Positions 1-6,241 of a stretch of 20,000 nt of DNA are shown here, piece after piece. The notes beneath the pieces are model-generated. The model was given only the letters and a program-made list of their open reading frames with translations. It had not been told where the DNA came from and did no database searches. The stretch lies in IMG/VR virus record IMGVR_UViG_3300032167_006623. One strand, given 5' to 3'. Made by a program: the position numbers and the translations under genes. Within the stretch, counting starts at the first letter, position 1. Every line of letters begins with the position of its first letter. This stretch comes from an uncultured virus (IMG/VR IMGVR_UViG_3300032167_006623) (Duplodnaviria; Heunggongvirae; Uroviricota; Caudoviricetes).

Positions 1-254
1 TGTTCAACAGACTGTGATGTGTCGGCAGGCTTTTTGTAAGCCTGTTCATATTTTACAGCAGCAGCATCATCTGTCATCATAGGTAAACAGGTCGCATCAA
101 TCATTCCATGCTTCGCAATGTAATCTTTGATTACTAATCTGATGCTTGATGAAAAGTTATGCTGAGCTTCAATCCATTCTGCTATCTGTACATCAGACGC
201 CGGAGCCGAAAAATGATATCTTATGGTCTTAGGTCCTCGTTCCACGATTTTCAT
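1..254 (-). CDS. Partial (runs off left edge) ParR-like ribbon-helix-helix DNA-binding protein, putative partition adaptor
   Basis: Hand translation MKIVERGPKTIRYHFSAPASDVQIAEWIEAQHNFSSSIRLVIKDYIAKHGMID... is open to the window edge, with AAAGTGAGG RBS (GTG at 245 is an alternative start). The beta-helix-helix pattern W.E.Q.N.S.SIR.VI resembles adaptors next to ParM/StbA genes on Firmicute plasmids (recognition, not a search). Confidence 0.6.
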   Translation of the reverse strand, partial: MKIVERGPKTIRYHFSAPASDVQIAEWIEAQHNFSSSIRLVIKDYIAKHGMIDATCLPMMTDDAAAVKYEQAYKKPADTSQSVE

Positions 255-296
255 CCTCACTTTCTGTCATTATGTTTGGTCTTTGACCTTACATAT

Positions 297-325
297 ATTG
301 TACCACTTTTGTTACAAAAAGTCAA
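297..325 (-). promoter_or_regulatory. Sigma-A promoter for the leftward gene, embedded in repeat array 1
   Basis: Minus strand TTGACT-N17-TACAAT with TG extended -10. Confidence 0.7.
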
Positions 326-481
326 CCAAAATTGCACCTTTTTTGTTACAAAATTGGAACATTCTCCTTTTTGCACAAAATTGATACTTTATTGTAACAA
401 AAATGGGTACTTTTTTGTTACAATTTTGCGACGCTCAATTTTGTAACAATTTTTGCACCTTTTTTGTTACAATTTTGCAAC
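298..481. repeat. TTGTWACAA repeat array 1 (centromere-like)
   Basis: Many TTGTTACAA/TTGTAACAA and variant units; core TTGTAACAAAAATGGGTACTTTTTTGTTACAA at 392-423. Confidence 0.85.
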
Positions 482-536
482 ACTATTTTATTTGAAAATC
501 TTTTTTAAACAAGCATCTTTTTCTCTTTTTTTTATA

Positions 537-571
537 ACGGCGAAAGACTCGCCGTCGGGTTTTAAATAAAA
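537..571 (+). promoter_or_regulatory. Hairpin-CGG-N7-ATAAAA element
   Basis: ACGGCGA aagac TCGCCGT CGG GTTTTAA ATAAAA; identical to the copy at 1455. Confidence 0.75.
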
Positions 572-591
572 AACGAGAGGAAATGATTATT

Positions 592-867
592 ATGACACAT
601 GCACAGTTTATGGAAAGAATTAACGCTATCACAGCACAAAGCATTGCTTATGCTACCGAACATGCTGAAGAAATCAAGCAGCGACGGGAAGAAAGTATAA
701 CCAACTCTGAGAAACTCATTGGAGCTATTCTCCTTGACGCTAAGAATGCACCTAAGAAATCTTGGACTGTATATGAAAGCTTCAAGAACAGAATTTCTGT
801 GACAGCAACAAGTTCTGAACAGTATGAAATCGCTATTCAGAAACTTACAAAAATTCTGAACGTATAA
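592..867 (+). CDS. Hypothetical protein
   Basis: ORF with GAGAGG RBS, followed by a hairpin at 875-898. Confidence 0.8.
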   Translation: MTHAQFMERINAITAQSIAYATEHAEEIKQRREESITNSEKLIGAILLDAKNAPKKSWTVYESFKNRISVTATSSEQYEIAIQKLTKILNV

Positions 868-927
868 AATACCAAAGCTGTCAGCCAACTGACAGCTTAT
901 TATTTCAAAGAAAGGATGATTTTAATT

Positions 928-1335
928 ATGTCAACTATCAACGTTGCGGGTGTCACATTCGCAAATCCCGATAACGAAAGCCGTCAGGAAATTCTGAAAA
1001 ATCTCGGCTTTGGCTATCATTATGCTATTCTTCAACAGACTACATTTGAGAATGAACGAGCTGTTGAGGTTTGGGTAGATAGCAAACTCATCGGATACGT
1101 TCCTCGAAAGGAACTCGGCAATCCTATGAGCTATGAAGCGATTCTGGTCGTCCAGATATGCTATAATGAAGAAACTGATACTTTTTATGCCATTCTCTCC
1201 CCTATTGAGCCATTAAGCTTTGAGCAGATGAATGAAATGTCAGAATTTTTCAAAGAACACCATCCTGAGCTACCCATTGTCTTTGACAAAAGGGCTTACG
1301 CAATAATGAAATACGTGCTTATACCGCAGTTGTAA
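928..1335 (+). CDS. HIRAN-domain protein
   Basis: VAGVTF..RQEIL..ENERAVEV..KLIGYVPR motifs; AAAGGA RBS. Confidence 0.75.
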   Translation: MSTINVAGVTFANPDNESRQEILKNLGFGYHYAILQQTTFENERAVEVWVDSKLIGYVPRKELGNPMSYEAILVVQICYNEETDTFYAILSPIEPLSFEQMNEMSEFFKEHHPELPIVFDKRAYAIMKYVLIPQL

Positions 1336-1357
1336 CTGCGGCGGATTTGCAATAAAA
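1324..1357 (+). promoter_or_regulatory. Hairpin-CGG-N7-ATAAAA element
   Basis: CCGCAGT tgta ACTGCGG CGG ATTTGCA ATAAAA. Confidence 0.75.
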
Positions 1358-1358
1358 A

Positions 1359-1451
1359 CAGATAATTGAGTAGGTGATTCAGTGTCACACGGAACGGTAA
1401 TAACCGCGAAGAGCTCGCCACGGCATTGCATTATTGGTGAAAGATTATCTG
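1359..1451 (+). ncRNA. Putative short structured RNA between two hairpin elements
   Basis: Closed by CAGATAAT/ATTATCTG, GC-richer interior, no evident gene. Confidence 0.35.
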
Positions 1452-1454
1452 AAT

Positions 1455-1489
1455 ACGGCGAAAGACTCGCCGTCGGGTTTTAAATAAAA
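1455..1489 (+). promoter_or_regulatory. Hairpin-CGG-N7-ATAAAA element
   Basis: Exact repeat of 537-571. Confidence 0.75.
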
Positions 1490-1533
1490 ACAGAGATTAT
1501 CATAATCTCACAACTATGAAAGGAATTGATACT

Positions 1534-1950
1534 ATGAAGAATACTATTCGCGTTGCAGGAGTAACATTTTCAAACCCAGACGGTACAAACCGTCAGGATA
1601 TTCTTAAGGGCCTTGGCATTGGCTGGAAAACAGCAAAGCTGAAGCAGACAACTTTCGAAGGTGAAAGAGCTGTAGAGGTTCGCATCAATGGTCATCTTGT
1701 TGGCTATGTTCCAAGAACACAGCTCAGCAATCCCCTCTCTTCGATGACAGAACTTACGGCAATGGTAGAATACTACCCCGCTAAGAAAGCAAATGGCGAC
1801 GGAAAGTGGTATGTGACACTTTCAGAGAGAATCAGACCAAGTTCTGCAGAATACGGTCTCATGAAGAAGCTCTGTGCAGAAGCAAAGCTCCCTATGCCTG
1901 CATATGACACCAGAGCCTACGCAGGTTACTGGGCTGTCGTAAAGGCTTAA
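1534..1950 (+). CDS. HIRAN-domain protein (paralog of 928-1335)
   Basis: VAGVTFSNPDGTNRQDIL..ERAVEV..LVGYVPR; visibly alignable with the upstream paralog. Confidence 0.75.
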   Translation: MKNTIRVAGVTFSNPDGTNRQDILKGLGIGWKTAKLKQTTFEGERAVEVRINGHLVGYVPRTQLSNPLSSMTELTAMVEYYPAKKANGDGKWYVTLSERIRPSSAEYGLMKKLCAEAKLPMPAYDTRAYAGYWAVVKA

Positions 1951-1957
1951 AAACACA

Positions 1958-1990
1958 GACCCCGGCTTAACAGCTGGGGTCTTATTTTTT
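1958..1990 (+). terminator. Intrinsic terminator
   Basis: AGACCCCGGC/GCTGGGGTCT stem followed by a T-rich tract. Confidence 0.6.
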
Positions 1991-2010
1991 ATTAAGAAAG
2001 GACTATAATT

Positions 2011-2280
2011 ATGAAAATTTTTACACATATTTTGAGTATTATACTCGGCATTGTCGTTATCGCATTTGCCCTTATCATCTCCCCTATCATAACCTTTGGT
2101 GCAGGTTATCTTGGCGGAATGATTCTTGAGTTAATTGTTGGAGATTGTATTACGGCTACTCTTAATACAATCTTTGACACAACTCGTTTCACAAATGACT
2201 TGATTCCACCTGTTTGTGCCGTACTTGCTGTACTTGGCAGTTTCTTCAAGCCATCTATTGAAAATAAGAAAGATGAATAA
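2011..2280 (+). CDS. Small membrane protein
   Basis: Long hydrophobic segments; GAAAGGA RBS. Confidence 0.8.
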   Translation: MKIFTHILSIILGIVVIAFALIISPIITFGAGYLGGMILELIVGDCITATLNTIFDTTRFTNDLIPPVCAVLAVLGSFFKPSIENKKDE

Positions 2281-2290
2281 GGGTGAAATT

Positions 2291-2500
2291 ATGCCAGAAA
2301 TAAAATATCCTGTTGATATCGACAAATACAAAGATTTAGTCGATGAACCTGAAGACTCGGCTATACCTAAAAATGTCATCATTGTGACAAACAATGAAGC
2401 TAAAAGCAGAGAGATTATTGCTAAGGCAATGATTGAAATGTACTGGAAACAATTGAATGAAAAGAATAAGCAACTGAGTGAAAAAATGGGTGATAATTAA
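2291..2500 (+). CDS. Hypothetical protein
   Basis: MPEIKYPVDID...; AAGGGTGA RBS; terminator follows. Confidence 0.65.
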   Translation: MPEIKYPVDIDKYKDLVDEPEDSAIPKNVIIVTNNEAKSREIIAKAMIEMYWKQLNEKNKQLSEKMGDN

Positions 2501-2524
2501 AGCTATGCTTCGGCATAGCTTTTT
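2499..2524 (+). terminator. Intrinsic terminator
   Basis: AAAGCTATGC ttcg GCATAGCTTT TT. Confidence 0.8.
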
Positions 2525-2559
2525 CTTTACAACAAACAACGGCTGCATTTACGCAGCCG

Positions 2560-2651
2560 TTATTTGCTTGACAAAATAGAGATGGAAATCAAAACATTTC
2601 GTTACTCATTCGTCATTGTAACAAAATTTCAACACTTTGTCAAGCAAATAA
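2560..2651 (-). promoter_or_regulatory. Long inverted repeat carrying a minus-strand sigma-A consensus (Frpo-like or antisense promoter)
   Basis: TTATTTGCTTGACAAA / TTTGTCAAGCAAATAA arms; minus strand TTGACA(2643-2638)-N17-TACAAT(2620-2615). Confidence 0.55.
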
Positions 2652-2664
2652 TTGTGAACAATTA

Positions 2665-2734
2665 GCAAGCGTGACCGCTTGCCGGATTTGTAATAAAAAG
2701 AATAGTCAGCTGTAAAGACGTTAAAACAGAGAAA
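2665..2734 (+). promoter_or_regulatory. Hairpin element plus GTCAGCTG-GACGTTAAAACAGAG leader
   Basis: GCAAGCG tgac CGCTTGC CGG ATTTGTA ATAAAA; leader at 2705-2734. Confidence 0.75.
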
Positions 2735-2747
2735 TGGAGTGTATATC

Positions 2748-2885
2748 ATGTTTGAATATAAGATTTCTTATGAAGAAGCTGTTGAACAGTTTTTAAGCGA
2801 CCATCCTGAATTCTTTCCTACTGATATTGAATACTGTCCTGATGTATTCCGTCAGATGTGCGAAGAAACAGGCTATGTTGCATAA
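2748..2885 (+). CDS. Small acidic protein (45 aa; not in ORF track)
   Basis: MFEYKISYEEAVEQFLSDHPEFFPTDIEYCPDVFRQMCEETGYVA; GGAG RBS after the leader motif. Confidence 0.75.
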   Translation: MFEYKISYEEAVEQFLSDHPEFFPTDIEYCPDVFRQMCEETGYVA

Positions 2886-2889
2886 ACAC

Positions 2890-2928
2890 TCCGTATGTGA
2901 TACGGAAATACTCCGTATTACATACGGA
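2890..2928. repeat. Two TCCGTAT-N3-ATACGGA palindromes
   Basis: Same heptamer as the repeats inside 4661-5647. Confidence 0.7.
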
Positions 2929-2983
2929 TATTACTCTTAAATCTAAAGAAATTCCTTTTAAAAGTTTTTAAGAGGAATTTCTA

Positions 2984-3017
2984 TGCAGATTGAAATCTGC
3001 ACGGGTTTTATTTAAAG
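2984..3017 (+). promoter_or_regulatory. Hairpin-CGG-N7-TTAAAG element
   Basis: TGCAGAT tgaa ATCTGCA CGG GTTTTAT TTAAAG. Confidence 0.7.
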
Positions 3018-3020
3018 CTG

Positions 3021-3123
3021 ATTATTCACTGCGTACAGGCCGACTGTAGTCATCGTAAATGTCAAACAGGAGCAGCAAGTCACGTGTGCGGCACATTTTG
3101 CAGCATTTACCGTAGTGAATGAT
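3021..3123 (+). ncRNA. Putative structured leader RNA
   Basis: ATTATTCACTGCG/CGTAGTGAATGAT closing stem and inner GTAAATG/CATTTAC stem. Confidence 0.45.
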
Positions 3124-3151
3124 TATATAAAAGAAAGGATTGTGTATACTT

Positions 3152-3331
3152 ATGACTACTATTATTGCAATTTTTATGGTTCTTGTTATGGCTGCTGCTA
3201 ATTATGCAGTTTTCAATGCTGATGATGTAATGCTTCTCGAAGGTGAATACGAGGATTATTATGGCCGTGACGAGTCTGAACCAGAGGGTTGGACAGAAGA
3301 GATGGAAAAAGAATATTATGGTCTTGATTGA
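3152..3331 (+). CDS. Small protein with an N-terminal hydrophobic anchor and acidic tail
   Basis: MTTIIAIFMVLVMAAAN...EGEYEDYY; GAAAGGA RBS. Confidence 0.7.
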   Translation: MTTIIAIFMVLVMAAANYAVFNADDVMLLEGEYEDYYGRDESEPEGWTEEMEKEYYGLD

Positions 3332-3345
3332 AAGGAGTAATCACA

Positions 3346-3504
3346 ATGATTGAAGTATCAAAGATGTCCAAGAAAGCACAGAAAGAATATTACAGCAGAC
3401 AGCGTAATACATGGGGTTCTCTCTCCCCTGTTACACGTAAGCCTGCTAAGCCTCAGGCTTACAATCGTGCTAAAATGAAGTCAGCTCTCCGAGCTGACTT
3501 TTAA
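3346..3504 (+). CDS. Small basic protein (52 aa; not in ORF track), possibly ArfA/BrfA-like
   Basis: MIEVSKMSKKAQKEYYSRQRNTWGSLSPVTRKPAKPQAYNRAKMKSALRADF; AAAGGAG RBS. Confidence 0.75.
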   Translation: MIEVSKMSKKAQKEYYSRQRNTWGSLSPVTRKPAKPQAYNRAKMKSALRADF

Positions 3505-3512
3505 TTTTTTTT
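3478..3512 (+). terminator. Intrinsic terminator overlapping the last codons of 3346-3504
   Basis: AAGTCAGCTC tcc GAGCTGACTT TTAATTTTTTTT. Confidence 0.75.
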
Positions 3513-3571
3513 GTGTCTGTTTGTATGTCGTTTTGCATGTACGTATGTATGTCATAATGAATGTCAAAAAT

Positions 3572-3663
3572 AAACACCTGACGGTGTTTCGGATTTATTA
3601 TAAAAGAATTATAATTCTTTCTCCTGATAATAAGCGTGAACGCTTATCGGGTGTTTTTTAAAG
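3572..3663 (+). promoter_or_regulatory. Two tandem hairpin elements upstream of the ncRNA cluster
   Basis: AAACACC tgac GGTGTTT CGG ATTTATT ATAAAA (3572) and ATAAGCG tgaa CGCTTAT CGG GTGTTTT TTAAAG (3630). Confidence 0.75.
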
Positions 3664-3846
3664 AATGAAGTGGGACGATGGTCCATAGCTGTCATTCGCC
3701 GGGTCCGAATTGCCCGTGACAGGCTGCTCCTGTTGAAGAAATGTGTCGCATTCGCAAGCTTGGCAGTGGCTAATTAAGCTTGCAAATTGGTGTTAATGCT
3801 GAATTCGCAGATGAGTTTAACACCGACTGCATCGCAGTATAAACAA
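3663..3846 (+). ncRNA. Structured RNA repeat, copy 1
   Basis: Aligns with 3854-4045, with compensatory stem changes. Confidence 0.6.
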
Positions 3847-3853
3847 GCGATAA

Positions 3854-4045
3854 GAGTGAAGTGGGACGACGGTCCATAGCTGTCACTCGACAGGTACAGA
3901 TTGCCTGAGACAGCGCTCCTGTCTGAATAAGCGTTGCAGCCTTTGTAAGCATAGGCTGAGGAAATAAAGAAGCTTACAAAATTCATAACAGATACTGAAT
4001 CTGCAGGGTAACTCAGTTATGGACTGTTTTTAACAGTATAAACAA
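3854..4045 (+). ncRNA. Structured RNA repeat, copy 2
   Basis: Shared GAAGTGGGACGAYGGTCCATAGCTGTCAYTCG ... GCTCCTGT ... CTGAAT ... CAGTATAAACAA. Confidence 0.6.
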
Positions 4046-4071
4046 CAATCAGGCAGCATGACTGCCGATAT

Positions 4072-4185
4072 GGGAACATAGCTTAGCGGATAAAGCAAGT
4101 CTTTGTAAGGGGTTCAACTCCCCTATCATCAACGGATTTGATACATGGACAGTCTACGCGGGTTCGAATCCTGCTGTTCTCACCA
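4072..4185 (+). tRNA. tRNA-like RNA (114 nt) with no assignable anticodon
   Basis: Acceptor GGGAACA/TGTTCTC+ACCA, D arm GCTT-AGCGGATA-AAGC, T arm GCGGG-TTCGAAT-CCTGC; the anticodon arm is replaced by an expanded branched insert. Confidence 0.75.
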
Positions 4186-4342
4186 GAAGCTGTCAGCAAT
4201 TGCTGCCGTACGGGCAATGGAGTGCGTACGGAGCGCAGACGGCGTCGATTGTGCCTGCATGTGCCGAAATCAGTGCCTCCATGCAGGGCGTCGACTTAAT
4301 TAAGCTCATTACTCATTATATACATTCCTCTCTCTCCTTTCT

Positions 4343-4388
4343 GAATACACCGTATGTGCCCTCCCGCATACGGTGTATTTCTTTTTTT
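4343..4388 (+). terminator. Intrinsic terminator ending the ncRNA cluster
   Basis: GAATACACCGTATGTG ccctcc CGCATACGGTGTATTT CTTTTTTT. Confidence 0.8.
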
Positions 4389-4428
4389 CACATTGAAGCA
4401 TTACATGAAGCTTCAATGTGATATTTTT

Positions 4429-4596
4429 TTTGTATCAATATTGTAACAAAAATGGGTATCTTTTTGTTACAATATTGCACACTGATTTTTATTGTTACAA
4501 TATTGTAACAATAAAAGCACCAAAATTGATACAATTTTGTTACACGAACTTTTTTGCTACAATTTTGTTACAATTTTGGTGCAAAAATTGTTACAC
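4429..4596. repeat. TTGTWACAA repeat array 2
   Basis: Core TTGTAACAAAAATGGGTATCTTTTTGTTACAA at 4441-4472 plus further units. Confidence 0.85.
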
Positions 4597-4598
4597 CC

Positions 4599-4627
4599 TT
4601 GACATTTGGTGACAAATGTATTATAAT
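4599..4627 (+). promoter_or_regulatory. Consensus sigma-A promoter
   Basis: TTGACA-N17-TATAAT, perfect match. Confidence 0.9.
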
Positions 4628-4660
4628 GATACATATATCAAATTATGAAGGATGTGCATC

Positions 4661-5647
4661 ATGGGAAAAACAATAAAAGCAATAGCCGACGAACTCGGCA
4701 TATCCAAACAAGCTGTATACAAGCGTGTTACAGGCAAGCTTAACACCGTATGTGCTCCACATACATATATGGAGAACAACGTCATGTTTCTGGATGAAGA
4801 AGGCGAAGCTATTGTAAAAAATGATTTTAAAAATAAACCATGTGCTACTCCCCTATTTCGTACGGAGCAAATACTTATGTCATATGGAGCTAATACGTCA
4901 CCATATCCAAATCCAACGGTTCCTTACGTACAACATACGGAACAGATACGGAATAACTCCGATAATATGCCTCAAAATCCATACGGAGCACTCCCCTATC
5001 CTACTCCGAATCAATCCATTCAATACGTATCCAATACGGAGCATATCCAAACCACTCCTGTTTCAAATACGGAACACTCCGGCATTCCTATTCAAAACAC
5101 ATACGGAACACCGCAGCAATTCACTCCTAATCCGTATCCCAATCCGTATACGGAGCAATCCGTATCTAATCCTAATATGGATACGCATACGGAGCAAATA
5201 TCAATTCCTGATACGGAGCAAATACAACCGACATACGGAGCTGATACGGAAGATGTGAATTTATTACGTATGCAGCTTGAGGAAATCAAAGAAAAAAACC
5301 ATGAAACTGAGATTGAACTTGTTAAAGCTAATGCTGAAAAAGAGAAATATGAAGAAATAATCAATCAGCTTAACCAAAGACTCAAAGATAAAGATTCACA
5401 AATCATGGAACAGCGTTTGTTAATAGAAAAAACCGACAATGAACGTAAGATTTTAACGGCTTCATTGTTTAGAAACAATGAATTTTTAAGGAAGCTATTG
5501 CAGCTGCCGTTAGCTAAACGTATTTTTGATTGGAAAAATATCCAAAAACGACTGATGACAGAGCAGGATGACATTTCAAATGACATAATAGGGGAATCAG
5601 ATATTGATGTTTCACTATTTGATGAAAATATTAGTAAAAAGGATTGA
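4661..5647 (+). CDS. HTH + low-complexity linker + coiled-coil protein, pSK1 Par / DUF536-like plasmid maintenance protein
   Basis: N-terminus KTIKAIADELGISKQAVYKR (HTH), C-terminal coiled coil ending LAKRIF; GAAGGA RBS. Confidence 0.65.
   Translation: MGKTIKAIADELGISKQAVYKRVTGKLNTVCAPHTYMENNVMFLDEEGEAIVKNDFKNKPCATPLFRTEQILMSYGANTSPYPNPTVPYVQHTEQIRNNSDNMPQNPYGALPYPTPNQSIQYVSNTEHIQTTPVSNTEHSGIPIQNTYGTPQQFTPNPYPNPYTEQSVSNPNMDTHTEQISIPDTEQIQPTYGADTEDVNLLRMQLEEIKEKNHETEIELVKANAEKEKYEEIINQLNQRLKDKDSQIMEQRLLIEKTDNERKILTASLFRNNEFLRKLLQLPLAKRIFDWKNIQKRLMTEQDDISNDIIGESDIDVSLFDENISKKD
4935..5250. repeat. Intragenic ATACGGA iteron array
   Basis: 11 ATACGGA and 3 TCCGTAT copies counted; ATACGGA occurs in all three codon phases. 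Confidence 0.8.
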
Positions 5648-5652
5648 TTGGA

Positions 5653-6012
5653 ATGTTGTTTTATACTCAAAAACATGAAATGAATTATCTATGGTTCTTT
5701 GCAAAAATGCCTCGTGATGTCTATCACAGAGCATTGATTTATTTATTAACCTTGGATGAAGCCTGCTGTGACCATATTTCAGAGATATATGATTTTGAAA
5801 ATCAGCAAATTATTCCTGAAGCATTGACAAAACCTTGGAATACTTCAGTATCCATAAAGACAATGAGGCTTGCTTTTAATCTTTTCACAGGTCATACAAA
5901 TTGGTCTGATGATAAAAGTCCTGATTTATTCAGTCCGGCTGAATTGTTTTGTTCAGAATATATGAAATATTACATTGAAGCAGTTAAAATGCGTTATCCT
6001 GAGTTTATGTAA
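5653..6012 (+). CDS. DUF6075-like protein
   Basis: DVYHRALIYLL..IYDF..PW.TS.S.K..RLAFNLF..ELFCS..RYPE motifs typical of this Clostridial mobile-element family. Confidence 0.7.
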   Translation: MLFYTQKHEMNYLWFFAKMPRDVYHRALIYLLTLDEACCDHISEIYDFENQQIIPEALTKPWNTSVSIKTMRLAFNLFTGHTNWSDDKSPDLFSPAELFCSEYMKYYIEAVKMRYPEFM

Positions 6013-6014
6013 AT

Positions 6015-6047
6015 ACGGTTTTACAACCGTTCGGGGTGTATATAAAA
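6015..6047 (+). promoter_or_regulatory. Hairpin-CGG-N7-ATAAAA element
   Basis: ACGGTT ttac AACCGT t CGG GGTGTAT ATAAAA. Confidence 0.7.
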
Positions 6048-6129
6048 ATGATTTTTACTTATTTTTTGATATACATTTCCTTTCGAGTAGGGAACCAGTT
6101 GCTTAAAGCAGTGGTTCCTTATTTTTTTT
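6048..6129 (+). ncRNA. Putative ~80-nt sRNA with anti-SD seed and terminator
   Basis: TATACATTTCCTTTC (6070-6084), then AGGGAACCA/TGGTTCCTT stem and T tract. Confidence 0.45.
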
Positions 6130-6184
6130 GGAACACTTACGTATATTTTACGTATTTAATACGTATGCAAATTTTTTTTCATAT

Positions 6185-6219
6185 CCAAATGCTCAGCATT
6201 TGGCGGATTTATTATAAAA
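6185..6219 (+). promoter_or_regulatory. Hairpin-CGG-N7-ATAAAA element
   Basis: CCAAATGC tca GCATTTGG CGG ATTTATT ATAAAA. Confidence 0.75.
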
Positions 6220-6241
6220 AATTTGAAAGGATTGAAATGTT

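Noticed and set aside
159..446. ORFs over the TTGTWACAA arrays (159-446, 4418-4612, 19078-19488 minus, 19365-19562)
   Set aside because: They are translations of repeat DNA with no RBS, and 159-446 is antisense to the better minus-strand gene.
1374..1405. 30th hairpin element (CGG AACGGTA ATAACC)
   Set aside because: The stem is weak and the tail degenerate, so it was not counted.
4072..4185. Standard tRNA with an assignable anticodon, or an integration-site remnant
   Set aside because: No 7-nt anticodon loop can be drawn, both ends are intact, and no duplicated 3' fragment or integrase is seen.
3770..4421. ORFs 3770-3952, 3774-3986 and 4200-4421
   Set aside because: They overlap covarying RNA structures and a terminator, and have atypical composition and no convincing RBS.
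4821..5258. Alternative-frame and antisense ORFs overlapping the + strand genes (e.g. 4821-5258, 15024-15584, 14064-14528, 10490-10882)
   Set aside because: They are shadows of well-supported genes, with no RBS or recognisable motifs.
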